DNA of 61,949 nt, filler included, from Choristocarpus tenellus KU-1152 (GCA_964200185.2; 12 parts of 12 records of this genome joined end to end with filler, not necessarily neighbours in it); one strand, 5' to 3'; shown: positions 38,946-53,375, counted from the first letter of the whole stretch. Notes: generated by a model not told the origin, from the sequence alone. A program made the numbers and translations.

Positions 38946-40427
38946 GAGGATTTTCAAAATTGGGGATGGAGCGGGACTACGAGGATGGTTGTTNNNNNNN
39001 NNNNNNNNNNNNNNNNNNNNNNNNNNNNNNNNNNNNNTTAATTAATTAANNNNNNNNNNNNNNNNNNNNNNNNNNNNNNNNNNNNNNNNNNNNCACAAAC
39101 CACCCCCCCCCCCCAGATACTCTGACCTTTATGCTTGTATCACCACACATAACATAAGTATAAAGCTAGCTATTCGACATCAGTCACTCGTACAAGTTCT
39201 AGAACTGGATCTAATGCATAAATAGATTAAGTCAAGCACCACAGAGTCAGAGGAAGACAAAATAACAAACAAGGTTGGTGTAGGTGAGATTGAACATTGC
39301 ACGAGACGCGCAACAAAGCAACTTCCAAGGATGAGCATACGATCATCATTAAGAAGTCAATGACACCTGGTAAAACTCAAATCGATATTTAAATTACACT
39401 AGACTGACCAACTCATTCTCATGCCTTCCTTACCTTCTTATACTGCTGCAAACTCTCAAGAAGCGCACTGGCAGAATGAGCTGGTAAATGTTTTTTCTCT
39501 TTTCAACTCTCAGCGCACATCTCCTCAACCGCTAGTTCTACCCGTGGTCATCATGGATGCGATAATCGATAGTTTTTGTTGTATACTCTACCTCACAGCA
39601 ACCCATCTGGCCTTTATCCCGTCCTACCAATCGTCCCACATACACAGTACAGCCCCAGTCTACCCTACCAACTCTGCATCCTCATGACTTGACGCAGGTT
39701 CTTCCGGATCCTCCCTCCATCTTGCGCGCTCATTGAAATACCACTCCGTAAGCACTCTACTCGACAGGATCAACTACAGCTGTCTGTATCTAGCCAATCA
39801 GCTAAATTGTGGACCCGTACCAGTTCGACAACTCTAAGTAGGTATGCAGATCAGCATTAGCTGAAGTAGAAGTATGTGCCCAACTATCTGCCACAAATCA
39901 AGTAGGAGCAATGTCCCGAATCCCCCGATAATACGAAACATTCCTGAAGCACTGTTCAAGGTATTTCGGTTATCCTTCATCTTTGCCAGACTTGCTTTCT
40001 AGTATTTGTAATAATCTTGGCCATTGCAAAAAGAACATAAACCTTCGGGCCCTCTCTAGGTAAATTCGTTCTGCCAAGGCTTTGGTGTTGCGCTTAGTTG
40101 GTTTGTTGTGTTGAGATATAGGCCAGGGAAAGCAGTGTATTGAGATATTCTCACTTGTTCCAAAGTTTTTGTCTTGCCAGGATTTCAAATGGTGCACAAA
40201 TCGAGCATACGACAGCTTCACAACCGCAGTCTAACAACAAAGGAATAATTCTTCCTTGTATATGCTTTACTTGTGTTTGAGACCTACCTCTACCGTATAT
40301 ACATACATACATATGCCGCATGTCGTGGTTGGGCAGTTTTGATCATGTGCTCTGAAAAACTATGTTGCCCTGTCCTCAGGAGCCCCACGGTCATACTTTT
40401 CACTATTTCGCACGATTATTGAAAACC

Positions 40428-40452
40428 AAACCCTAACCCTAACCCTAACCCT
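40428..40452. repeat. Interstitial telomere-like (CCCTAA)n tract
   Basis: AAACCCTAACCCTAACCCTAACCCT. A shorter (TTAGGG) tract lies at about 26119-26135. Confidence 0.8.
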
Positions 40453-43204
40453 TTATGTGAAAAAAAAACCCTAAGCTTTGATTGAAGAAGTGAAAAGTAT
40501 GACAGTGGGGGTTCCTCAAGGACAGTGGGGGCTCCCAAATACAGGGGGGATTCCCTATGTACTTCAAAGTATGATCGTTCTCATCCTCACAACAGGAGAC
40601 TTACATCCATTTAGATTCCTACCCTGCATTTACCTTTGTTTTAGTGCAACAAAAATGTATCAGCTCTAATTTCTATGTCACAGTCCCTTCGTCCAATACC
40701 AGTACCACAACAACAACTAGTACTAAAAACTACATAATCTACAACGTCAATAGATAGATATTGTAGTACATTATCCTTCCTCATCATTGCATTGTATGCC
40801 CTTCTTGGAAAACTCTTAGCCACAATCAATAATAACCATCTGCTGCTACAAAAACACGATACTCTAACTCACATTAAACCGCTATGAACTGGTTCGCCTT
40901 ATTCTCTCCTTAACCCGTACTTCAAAACCTTTCCCAAGAATGACACGCCTCTTCAGAGATAGTAAAGCGATCGGTCATCCTCATAAGTATGGATGATCGT
41001 GTCTGTACACTATGTTAAAAATCACACGCCCCCTCAGAGAGAGTAAAGCAAGAGGCCATCCTCGTGGGTATGGCTGATCGTGTCTGTAAACAATGGCACC
41101 AAGCCATAATCCAGCTCAACCTTGATACCATCCTATTACAGGGAAACTCAAAACATCCACCAACTACGACCATGAGGAAATGAGCTGTTTGGGAGCAGGG
41201 GGGAATAAAGGTCACAATGTGTGCATGAACGACAACAGCAATCATGACAATGATAACGACAATGCTGGTGGGGACAGTGCGGAAGGTATTGGTCCTGGGA
41301 GTGAGGAGAGGATACATTGTCATGAGGGACAGAGAAAGAAACAGAAAAAGGGTTGCTGACAAGTACCAGAGTAGCATTTATGCGTTCCTCCTTGCAGATA
41401 ACTGCCACTACGTGGTTGGTGGTATCATTAACGCGGCACCACTGCCGGCCACCTTTGACGCACAAGGATAGGGGTTGGAGATGCCTTGGCTAAGCCCCAA
41501 TGACCAGGAGATGCGCACCAAACCCATACAGTGCACAGTCCAAAAGTATCCAATGGACCCTTCACTCCAGATTACGTGTGGTGCTCGCACAATAGCAGAG
41601 GACAGGGAAAGAAGGGGAGAGAATTGTGAAGATGATTCGGAAAAAGAAGACACCCAAACCATAATGAAGGTTGACCTTGATGCGAGCTGGGAGTAGAGTG
41701 AAGGGGTGGTTGCAACTTGCGACAAACTCCGCAAATGTCTTGTAACACCAGGGTTTTTGCAACTCCTCAACAGGGCACTGGAGGTCAAGGAGAGGGAGAA
41801 GAATCTGCTATTTGTACTTCTACTAGCATTACTGCCACTACTATTCCAACAACGAATAATGTAATTTTTAGGTAATTGTTGAATGAATGAGGTGCTTGTG
41901 GTTGCCTGCAGGACGCCTTAATAATGGTTATCTCCTAGCTTTTTTCTCTTGGTGTATTATTTTACATGTATGTCCGTGCTTTATTTGTTGCAGACAACTA
42001 CCGACCATGTTATCCTCCTCCAGTGTCCATTGGTGCATGGTGTACTTTCACTTACATGAGTGCTACTGCTATCGTTTCTGATCCGATTTTTTTTCTTGTC
42101 AAATATATGGGTCAAAGTATCTGGGGGGNNNNNNNNNNNNNNNNNNNNNNNNNNNNNNNNNNNNNNNNNNNNTTAATTAATTAANNNNNNNNNNNNNNNN
42201 NNNNNNNNNNNNNNNNNNNNNNNNNNNNATGAAAAAATTGACCCCAAATGGACAGCCGCCACTCACCCCCAGATACTTTGAGCCTCCGAGGATCTCTTTG
42301 AAGCACCGACTCGGAAAATGACCATGTTCATAGAGCATACCTAGAGTTATTTAGTCGTTGTGGTGTTCATGTTGTGAACACTTTCTTCTGGAAGTTATAG
42401 GAGTAGTGCGTGCGGTGGTTGATTGAGGAAATGAGGAATGATTGAGGACCAGAGATGGTACGAACACTCATATTAGGCAGCAGATATTAATACACACTCT
42501 CACATGGCAATCACCTCTTTTGTCCCACCCAGAAAGGCTAGTTCTAATATATCGTTGTTTTGATTTCTTTTTCAAAATTGAGGAAACTTTGTGGAAGGTG
42601 TGGGAAATGAAGATTGACAGGGGTCTCCCAAAAAGGACTCAGGTCATGTAACTGGTGAAATGGAGTTCAAATCGCAGTCTTAAGTGATGAAGAAAATAGA
42701 CGATTAACCCCCCCTCCTCAATAAGTTGAATTGTTGAACTGACATCGGTTGGTGATTTAGAATGGCAACAACTTACCTCAGAACGGAACGTTAAACAATT
42801 CAATAGTTAATACTTGGGACATCTTGCTTCAAAGCTAGTACTACTGTGACTATTAGGAAGGGTGGTGGTTGGGGTTCAAACTTGTTGTAGGTAAAGACCT
42901 AATTTTGGCCATTTGATGCATTTTCTCAACATTTGTCACCAATACTGCTCTGTTACAACTGACCACCCAAAGAGACTCAAAGGTTGAAGTTTTTTGTGCA
43001 CAAGTATCCTCACCCACCCCCGAGGTCACCCATAGGCCAAAATTTCGGTTCAATTCTCCAAATTGTGGACTTCACCTACAAACTAGTTTGACGAATCTCT
43101 GCTTCGCTGCTTTTTGTTGAGTCATCTTCTATGGCATATCTGGAGTCCATCTATGTAGTACAATTTGTAAGTGCATATGTGTGCATTTCCAAATTGTGTC
43201 CTTG

Positions 43205-44090
43205 TCAGCAGTCTCGGTTGCTGCACTTGATTACCCGCCCTTGGCACAAAGTTATTCGAGGTGTTTCCACTTGGGCCGGTGCAACTCTGCTTTGGAAAGG
43301 AATTTGAGTGTGCTGGGCACATCCACATTTGCAGTGTGTAGTGTGCAGTATGGTGTCGGACAAATTATTTAACAAGAGAGTCCCCCCAGACCTCCAGAAG
43401 TCGCAAAGGTATGCCTGTTCCTTTGGGTTATTGTGTTGGACCCTTTGAGCCTTCATCTCATTTCCTACTTCGTAATTTTTTTGTTGTTTCTTCCCGCCCC
43501 CCTGATACTGTAGAAACTCCTCGGCAAACCTCTTATGCATAGAACCCGGGACACCGGGTACATTTGTCTGTATCCTGTTGACATTCTTGACGTCAAGCCC
43601 TTTCACAAAGTGTCATCCCCTATGATTTTATCCTTCAGGGGGCATTGATACCGAAGAATTAACCTGTGTATATTTTGCACGCTAAAGAGAAGGTTGTTTC
43701 ATCTCCCATCTACAAATTGGGCAGGATTGGTGGAGCTTTTTGCGTCTGTGTTTGAATAAGGCTCCAACCTGAATATCGGTCACCCTTCACCCTCCGGTAT
43801 TTTGTCTTGCCTCCGCATTGGTTCTGCCCAAGTATATAAAGGTTATGTTACATGGTGCGCACAAGCGTGTTCATAATAATATTGTGTGTTCTGGTGTTGC
43901 TCATAAGACAAAGGCCCGAAAGAAACCGTCCACAAACTCGTTTGCCGTAATATTGACAGGGGACTGCAACCAGGGGGAATTCTTCACGAAAGGGTCCCAG
44001 GACAGCTGTGGTATGCGTAGCAGAAGAAAAACCTTGCGCAGCTGCATTTGACTGAGGACACCTGAGCCTTCCTTGTCATGCAACTCTGGG
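43205..44090 (-). mobile_element. Degenerate coding remnant, possibly retrotransposon gag
   Basis: Protein-like frames (QLRKVFLLL...TANEFVDGFFRAF; FVKGLDVKNV...AEEF; YLCDFW) interrupted by stops. Confidence 0.3.
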
Positions 44091-45849
44091 AAGGGGAAGG
44101 GCAGTGAGAGAGGTCACATATTGACAGCAACAAGCGTTTACGTTTATTTTCCAGCACTTTAACAAAGTTCCAACCACGTGTTGTGATAGATGATGGCTTA
44201 GGGCAAAGTCAGGTGTAACTAGATTGGAGGAACATGCAATTAGACCATATTGACATTCGCATATTCAGCTGTATAGAGCTAGGAGAGATCTTAACAGAGA
44301 AGTGGCCAGGTACATTCTTGGGGTAAATACAAATGATGCGTTAAATTGGCTAATAAAAGTCCAGCGGTATAATAGTAGCTTTTGGTTCCATGTAAAAACT
44401 GTGAATTGTCGATGTTCTCTGTCATTCGCATATTTTATTATTATACCCTCTGACATTTGCAGATCATTCACGTTGCAGGTAATTAATTCACATCATGTCC
44501 ATTGCGGCACCATCCGCGGATTTTTTTTTTAGCATAATCTGACTTAGCGCGAGAAGGGCAATGGTGGAACATTATCTGCATTAGATTGCATGGAATAGAT
44601 TTAATAATAAGAGGAAAGTGTATTCTGAATGGTGCTTGTATTTGAAGCAAAGGCCAAGGCAGCAGATTTACACTATCTTGGCAGATCAGGTATGTCCATA
44701 GAGTTAAGTGAATTGTCCATGCAGATTGCAATTCATCTGCATATTCTACCTCTTTAAGAAGACTTGCTTGAGGGTATTTCTATGCACTTCGGAGGATATA
44801 TATATATATTTAAATAATTTATGTATGTATCAATGTCCATTGCAAACCTAAGCATGACACGTTATTGTACACCCTACTACATCATCCACTAGTAGTTACT
44901 ACATTGCCTGAAAAAGAGCAATGCTGAGGGGCTCCATAGATATACAAGAAAAATATTGCACAGGGTATGATCACACCACGAACAGGTAAGCTAATCCTTA
45001 CGCCACAGCTCGGTGGGGTGGAAACGTCTTTAATTTTTTTTCGAACACTATACCTCGCGACCTGTGCAAGTATACAACATACCTAAATAATATAGATGTT
45101 GGTGATTGATGTGCTGGTGTTCAGCTCTTAATTTATTTTGTGGATCTCCTGTATCCAACAGCAAAGATGTGCCACGAATAGGAAGGTCTTGGGTCTTTGA
45201 ACATAATTGTGAACATTAGATTACCTTACGAAAAAACCCGAGAAATTTATCTCCACAAACCAATACATGTCAGGGTTTTTGTATAGATTTTTACTCGGCA
45301 TTTGCGTCAACCCCGTTTGGTCTGAATGAGTGTCAAGAAACCTGCCTTGGACTCGATTCCTGCCGAGGTCCATCTTTCCTGCATTTTTCTAAAGACCCGT
45401 TCTTTTCGTATTATTTCATTTTTTCAATTTTTTGTTCAATTGGTTACCTCAACTTACAATTATATTGTTCTATATATGGTGCTTACTTATGACAATATAG
45501 TCGGGTGAAAGTTTACGACACTAACTTCAAGTCAGCGTAACACTTGGCACTCTCTCCAATATTTCGACTGTTCGTGTCCGCATTAAGATTGGGGGGTCAT
45601 TTTCAAGTCCTGATAGTTCTCCGATTGTTAGAGGTTACACATGGAAAGTGAGCAAGACTATACTTGGTTCTCAGAGAGAAGGGATCCATGGATCTGTTGG
45701 GGGCAATTTTTGAGACTCGAACCAATAACAGACATCCCAAGCAAAAATCTCTGGGTGAGAAATAAGAGAAATGAGAGTTCAAGAGGGTTTTTCTTGCACT
45801 TGCAGACGAGGGAACTCTGATAAGAGTTGCAAGCTCCTTAAATAATACC

Positions 45850-46557
45850 TCGACGAGATGGAACTCTCCATCTTTACACAGCACACGTTGGGAAGTGTGA
45901 TCTTCCACCAGGATTTGGTGATGTGGATGAGGGCAAAGTCTGGGGTGGAACTTTCTTTGAGGGATCTGGGTACCATCCTGAAGCACTTGGGCTATGTGTG
46001 GAGAAGGGGTCGAATTACGATCCTACCTCTGACAGAGGAGAGGAAAGCAAGCACGTGTTTGTAGGTTCCTCGTTTAATACTCGGGGGTCCTTAAGGAGGA
46101 AGTTGCAAAGGGGAGAATGATTGCCCAAGTGAGAGATAAGGGTGGTGTGGTACGGTGACCCTAACCCTGACTGGGATCGGATTGACTGGACATGGGGAAC
46201 CACCTTGCCACAGTCTGCTGGTTTCCATCCACAGAGGTAGATGACTAAAATACATCAAGACAGAGGACAAGATACTGGAGAGAGACATATTCAACCTGAT
46301 GAATTTTCTGGACGAGCTAAAGCACGATAGTACCCTATGGGGGGGGGTGTTTAGGCCAAGTTGTCCATTCAGGGCTTGATGGGGGTCTAATGAAATGGCC
46401 CAGTCTGATGCCCGTTGTGTGGGTAATTTTCCTTTGGTTGTGGTCTAGGCAGGGAGATGGGAAGAAAGGTGCGTTCAGATGAAAGAAATTGCCCTTACAT
46501 ATGACGCATTCACTCTTATGACACGAAGTCACTACAGGGTCACCCGAATACGCCTGA
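45850..46557 (+). mobile_element. Degenerate IS630/Tc1/mariner-like transposase fragment
   Basis: HTH-like VELSLRDLGTILKHLGYVWRRGR...ERKA, followed after a frameshift by FLV*YSGVLKEE. Truncated by a MITE end at 46558. Confidence 0.45.
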
Positions 46558-46738
46558 GAGTCAAAGTATCTTAGAGGGTAGAGCTGCGTCCATTTGGNNN
46601 NNNNNNNNNNNNNNNNNNNNNNNNNNNNNNNNNNNNNNNNNTTAATTAATTAANNNNNNNNNNNNNNNNNNNNNNNNNNNNNNNNNNNNNNNNNNNNCCC
46701 AAATGGACGCGGCTCTACCCTCTAAGATACTTTGCCTC
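46558..46738. mobile_element. Two MITE ends facing into a spacer (46558-46597, 46698-46738)
   Basis: GAGTCAAAGTATCTTAGAGGGTAGAGCTGCGTCCATTTGG and its near-perfect reverse complement. The flanks CTGA and AATA differ, so these are probably two different insertions. Confidence 0.8.
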
Positions 46739-47154
46739 AATACGTACCAGGCATAGTTTGATGGTAAGAACAACAACAGTAGAATCAAGAGGGCACATTA
46801 ATTTACAAGCATCTGTTCAACTATTTACGCGCCCTTCACTACCAACACGGTAGAGTAGTGTGTACTTCGTATGTCTCAAGGACCTCGCGATGATGATGAT
46901 GATGATGGTAGATTCACCTCCTTTACGTTTCTGCAAACGGCGGCGAGACCCGGAGAGAATGACGCTCACGGAAGATTTACGAAGATCATTCTACTTACTC
47001 TTTCATTGTGCTCGATGTAAGCTTGCTTGATCCTGTCTTCCGTGTTGTCAGGTAAGTTATTGGTCATCCCGCCTTCGAGAGATCATGCAGCGGTGTTCTT
47101 CGAGTGTTTCTTCTCAATAATTCCTCACTTGTCCAGATAAACATTATTAATTAG

Positions 47155-49261
47155 GAGCTATACAAGGATTTTTGCAAAGAGGCAATACGGGTGTATCCTG
47201 ACGACACTTCCAAGCGGGTAAGCAAGGCGCACTTCCTCCGAATGCTCAGAGAGGACAGGCCCAATATCAGGGTGAGGATAGGAGGCGAATTTATGAAATG
47301 TGACATATGTGTCATGTTAAAAGAGAAGCGGCATGGTGCGCCTGGTGTAAAACCCACGAACGACTCCACCGTCCTCAAGTCCATCGACAAGGAGCTGTCA
47401 GACCATCGAAAGGTAGGTGTCCAGCGTTAATTTTGCGACAATCGTACAGTAGCAACATGTTGCCGTCATTGTCCTCCATTGGGTTCACATCTGTTGGCTT
47501 TTGCGAATGAAGATTCCGATACAGGTGCTTATGGCAGCAGCAGCAGCAGCCTCACTCAGCGCCAAACTATTGTTATTAGTTGCCCAAACACCTTGTGTGA
47601 TGGACTGTTCCCTGGTCGTCTACAACGGGCTGTGGGAGGGACATGTGATGTTTCGGTCTTCCGACCCTGTACGTACGTACTTGCTCCCGTGCCGATAATA
47701 CTGTCTTTGCCTTGAATGCAGCAGCAAAAAATAGGAGCAAAGATAAACCTTTATTGTAACCTACACTCGATTTTTGTCACATACCTCGTACGTATTAACA
47801 AGTGGTCATTTTTTTACACCTCTAAGCAGATTTATTTGATTTATAGACGTGATTTTGCTCTCCCCCATTCGCCAAATTATCCAAGCGGATCGGCTGGTCA
47901 TCGCCAACAACACCAGCAGCGCCATGCATGCGGGCCAAAGCTGACGGTAAACCTCTCGGCTTTGTGTTCATGTCTGTAGACGCGGTGAATCAGACATCCC
48001 ACGCCCTCCCAGCACTTTACCCACCTACCCACGGCGATGACAGGTAACCACAAGCACACATAGTCCATTTGCCAACAAGTTTGCAGCCGCACGCAGAAGA
48101 GAATAGACCACCCTGTTCTATTCAACGAGTGAGTGCAAAGTCCCAAGAAATAACCGCCAAAACAGACGCACATAATTCCACTATCTATTCCGTTCATCAT
48201 GATGATGACGCCCCATAACACCTTTCTTTAAACCTTTCTTTGGTTCATATCCTTATTATCAGGGGCTACTCCAAGCACCAGAAGATTATGGCCGCACACA
48301 TCGAAGGCGAGTTCGCGGAGGTGTTCTTCACTCCTCAAAATCTTGGAGGAGGTAGGTATTGGGGGTTGTGGCACAACAATCACGCAACCGAATAGATGCT
48401 GGTTGCGCATGCACCACTTGATTGACTGTCATGGTGAGGGGACCCGCCGCAGGTTAGATACCCGAGGATGAGTATATCCTTGCACGATTTGACTACAGAT
48501 ACCGTAGGCCTGGTGAACAGTCGATTAACTGATGATGCACTGTGCTCCCCTGCCCTTGTACGCCTCAGCTTCGGAAGGGCGAGGGGAGCGTAAGGGCTAA
48601 TTAAGGAGGAGGGAAACCGACAGACATCTATATCAGCCAGTCGAGTGTATGTGCTATTCATCGCAAAAACACATCACATTACCCCTCTTTTTAGCTCCAA
48701 GTAAACAATGCGTAAGTGAGCAGAGTACTATTCGCCAACTAACGACGGACATCATCATTCGCGCAGGTTGTAACCTTGTCTGCACAACCACCCACCTTGC
48801 CCTCACAAGGCTTATCGACAAGTACCACAACAGCCTCGATCATGCGAGGGGTTGCATCATCCAGCACGTGCATTGGCAGGTAAGACGGCCTACTTGCAAT
48901 CTACTCGCCGAATAGCGGCCACCAAGTAACTAACTGCGCGGTATTTAGTGTTGGTTTGTGGGTTGCAACTTGCATGTATGATGGCGGTGATGTAGAGCTT
49001 GCGCTCTAGCACTACTGGAAACACGCCCTCTTTCTCTACGAAACGTGGTGAAACGGGTTGACATATCGGCCTCACGCCTATCCCTCCCTCGCTTCCCACT
49101 CCCCAAACTACCCGGGTCGACAACTGCGTCTCTGAGAACAAGAATAATTTCTTTCTCGGATATGTGGGGCTGTTGGTCGCCGCAAGTGTCATTCGTGTGG
49201 TCGAGATACATTTTATGATGGTGGGGCACACGCACATCAAGATCGATCAGATCTTCTCCAG
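47155..49261 (+). mobile_element. Intron-containing Sola-like (DUF7869-type) DDD transposase, partial; exons include 47155-47412, ~47847-47895, ~48263-48351, 48767-48879, 49116-49261
   Basis: Motifs: SKAHFLRMLREDRPNIRVR...FMKCDIC; DFALPH; KIMAAHIEG...GG|GCNLVCT; HWQ|VDNCVSENKNNFFLGYVGLLV...FMMVGHTHIKIDQIFS. The acceptor before the last exon reads CGG instead of CAG. Confidence 0.8.
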
Positions 49262-50189
49262 GTAATTAGGCACGCACCGTGAATGCGATAGCCACATGGT
49301 GTTTTTACGTGGACAGATATTGCCTTGAAGCTTGCAGTTCACGCTTGTTGCCACTCTGGAAGGTTTATGGCCATGCACTGCGATTGATTGATTGACTTTT
49401 GATTTTCCCACAACAAAGTAGCACGAAAAGAGCAGCTGGCAAAATTGTATTGTAACCTAGCTTCGAAACAAAACAAAACAAAAATGTACCCATCACCCCT
49501 TTTATATTTATACTTCCATATACATGCATCAGAGCATNNNNNNNNNNNNNNNNNNNNNNNNNNNNNNNNNNNNNNNNNNNNTTAATTAATTAANNNNNNN
49601 NNNNNNNNNNNNNNNNNNNNNNNNNNNNNNNNNNNNNGTGTTTCTGGGGTGGCTGGGGTTTCGACGTTTGCCCCTTCGATTTGTGAAAAACGGGCGCCAA
49701 CCCCCCCCCCCCCCCCGAGATACTTTGACCCTAACCTTTTGGAGTGTGCAGTAGCACTTCTTCATGTTGTTCTTCATACCGTTGAGGCTCATAACCTGTG
49801 CAATTTATCTTAGAAGGTATTGCTATTTGATTAGTAGTGAAGGGAAGAAGGTACGGAGGCTCACACGATTCCCCATTGCTGCATATGTTTACATGATTGA
49901 AAAGAAGAGTTACCTCGTGGGGTGTCTTCTTATTGCTTTTATAGTATTGTTTGTGCCTCAGATGTAAGTCAATGGTTATGTTAGAGAATTTTAATTGATA
50001 TACCAAACCCCATTCATAATCCAGATGTACTATCTCACTAGTTGCATTACATGGATTCAATCCAATGCCATAATATCACATCCACAAAAAACAGGGTACA
50101 ACGTACGATTGTCCTATTTTCTGAACACTTCATAGCTTACCGCCACGAGATGTTTAGCTCCAACCTACAGGCCTAGAGATGACGATGAT

Positions 50190-50320
50190 GAGTCAAATTA
50201 TCTTAGAGGGTAGAGTCGCGTCTGTTTAGGGCCAAATATCCAACGTTATCGATTTTGATGTAATTTTGCCCATCGTGGTTGTTACGAAGTGTCAATATTC
50301 TTGTTCCGTACACACCTTTG
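50190..50320. mobile_element. Truncated MITE copy
   Basis: GAGTCAAATTATCTTAGAGGGTAGAG... is collinear with 4558-4690. Confidence 0.75.
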
Positions 50321-53198
50321 ATCCAGATTTGACCAATACAGTCAAAAGGACTGTCAGAACGAAGATCCATTCCGATTCTGACTTATGTATTTCCTGCTGT
50401 GATGTTGCTCAGTCATTCTGTGACATCTGTTGTGCACTAAGGTTTGGTTATGTGTTCTGAATTCTCTCAAATGACGTTGGGATGCTAGGCGAAGACTTGT
50501 GAAACTCAGCCTCACCCTCTGTGATGGAAGAGTTCAGTATGGTGATTGTGATTACCCCCTTTTGCACAGAATGTTTGAGCCTTGACACTTCCACAGATCA
50601 ATCATTAATACATAAAGAAATTTGAGAAAAGGTCAATTTTTTGCTGTGGGCAACACATGGATGGAGTTGCCCATGCACCATCACTGAAATATCTGTTTAA
50701 CTCAAACAGCTGTCCTCCTGTTAAAACAATATGTAGAAAATGGACCAGAAAGAAGAAAAATAATAAATAATATAAAGGAATGCAAAGAAGCAAGAAACAA
50801 ACGAATAAGAGTCATTTGGAAAAATGAACTCGGATCTTCTCCATCCATACATAAATGCGCATGTATGAAAATAACCAACTTGCATAAGTTGATATCGACC
50901 AGGGTAAACATCAAGTTAAAGGACATACGTATTCAATGCATTCAATATATCTATGGAACAACACAAACACAAATCATTGAATGAAACACAAATGCAATTC
51001 ACAACACAAATATATATAGAGACATATACATACATGCATCACCCGTAGTATGAGGTCCAATCAAGTATTGAAACTTTTCATGGAGCAGAGTTGACATTAA
51101 CCGAAGGTGTAGTGTTAGAATTGGGTGTATCCATACAGTGTTGTTGACGATTGGAGAAATAATTTCTGCACATTAGGCGAAATGAAGTAGACTATGGAAT
51201 ACAACAGAGACACGATCATGACCTAAGTTGTAATCTATTTTCTATGTTCATAGGTGAACGAGGTCCATAGACAAACTTCTGTCCCACAGTAGCTTCAATA
51301 ATGTATCGACCAAGGGTTATTGGGGACTCCAAATCATCAGATACAGTAGTAAGGGTAAAGTACGGCCAAGTAAAAACTCGTTAGGCTTCATAAAAATCTG
51401 ACTTAGATGGTTGTGTGTTCGGAATGTAGGGTTTTGATTGGGCCAAGTGAACAGAAATGTCTTTGCTCTCAAAATGTTTTTGGAGACAGTAAACTACAGG
51501 GGAAATCTGTGAAAGGTCCACGTCAGGGGTGAATCAATTTGGAATCAGGCAAATCATGGTCAGTGTGTGGACCATGTACCAAAATTAAGCTCCAACTTTA
51601 AATGCAAGAGTTTCACTATAAGCAACTCGTTTAGCACTCCGTTCTCCCAGATTACGATTAGGCTAATTCAAAAGCTAACTGTTGATTGAGCAAAATCTTG
51701 ATTAAATTGGGGTACTGTTGATTTGGGCAGCAACATTAGTGGCTACCTATGCAGTTGATGTTGTCAAACCAATATTGGGCAGTGATTTCCGTTCACTACC
51801 CCGTTTGCTCGAGAACTACCAAAACACACAAATTTAAGAAAAGTATCGACAGAGGAGGGGTACCCAGCAGCAGTTATAATTCCATCATTGAATGTATCGA
51901 AGAACAAAGTATATTAGAGTATACATTATACTCTTATACGTACACACCGCACTAACTACTCCATATATATGAGTCCTATTAAATTCCCTGATCTTGCTTG
52001 TGTCTACAACCTATAGGTCAGGCCTCCAGAAGATTTTGATCTCTCCTCACAAGATATTTCTCAAGCTCTGCTGCCACCAGCAGTTACTGCAATACAACAA
52101 ACAAGATCCCGGCCTTGATTTTGGACCAACCGAGGTTCTGGAGTACTTGGAAGTCAAATATTGCCAGGAGAATAATGGAAGACTAGGTCATGCATGAAAC
52201 CACAACATTGTATTGTTATATATTTTCTTTATCTGACACTTCTGTTCTCTTAATGTTTATTTATTTGTTATTTTTTGTTCTCATCCCACCATCCTTTTCA
52301 TTTTTTATTTCATTTTTTTCATAGTTGTTACTCTGATTATTCACTGACTTGTTTTTTCTCCTTTGCTTCTTTTCTTATTCTTTTTTTTGTTTTATATATG
52401 ATTTATTCAATTTCCACTTTGATACCCTCATCATCCACCGATTATTTTTCTCTCCTTTCTATATATTATTATTACTATTTGTTGCTCTCATTGACCCTTC
52501 TTAATTATTTTATTTTTTATTTTTGTCATTGGCTGTTTTGCGCACTACCAGCCTTGAGTGCTTTGTGCTTGGGGGGCATAGGACATGCAATAATCAGATG
52601 CCGAGTAGGTCATGAATAATATAAATCTAATCCCTGATAGCACTTGCATTTACAACTGGGAAGATTGGAACAGAAGACCGATAAATTTATAGGCCTAATC
52701 AGAGAAATGTGCTTTGCAACTTTTGAAGGTCCAGTTCAGAAGAAAGAAGTATATACTTGGATTAGGCCAGAGACAATTTGACGGAAATTGTATTATGTGA
52801 CCTTATGGACACCTTGAAGGTAACATGGATAAATTAATCACATTTGTGATTAGAGAGATCGGAACTGGGGACTCATTTGTTTTAGGCCATGTCAGATATA
52901 TACACTTCGTAAATTTTGAAGGTTGTTTCAGAAAGAGCAAGTGTATACTCGGATTACGCCAGGTGCAAAATGACTCTGATGGTATTCTGTGACCCTTGGG
53001 AAAGATTTTCCCAAGGAAAACAAGGATATTTGTTGACCCGTCTTGGGCCTAGTTTGAGTTATATTTTTTTTGTGAAAGTATATACCCTTATCTGGTCAGA
53101 CATATATTGATCTTGACTGTGTCTTACAACCTTTGGGGGTCCCCTCTCAAAGGAAACGAGGAAATTTGTCGATCATTGTTGGATTCCATGGGTTAATT

Positions 53199-53375
53199 TG
53201 GAACTGGAGTCCCTACGTTGGAGACAACTGGCAGAGTCGGAACTGGAGACCCTATGTTCGAGACAACTGGCAAAGTTGGAAGTGGAGTCCCTATGTTGGA
53301 AACAATAGGGAGAGTCGGAAGTGGAGTCCCAATGTTGGAAACAACTGGCAGAGTCGGAACTGAAGCCCCTATGTT
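53199..53375. repeat. 39-bp minisatellite, about 4.5 copies
   Basis: Unit GGAACTGGAGTCCCTATGTTGGAGACAACTGGCAGAGTC. Confidence 0.95.

Noticed and set aside
40930-41800. Exon-like purine-rich region with a short duplication (40940-41010/41020-41090)
   Set aside because: Frames contain stops and no family is recognisable, so no gene call is supported.
46558-46738. A single element spanning the gap, or a TIR belonging to the adjacent transposase
   Set aside because: The flanking 4-mers differ (CTGA vs AATA), and the right TIR faces away from the transposase.
53199-53375. CRISPR-like array
   Set aside because: The units are contiguous tandem copies without unique spacers, there are no cas genes, and the context is eukaryotic.
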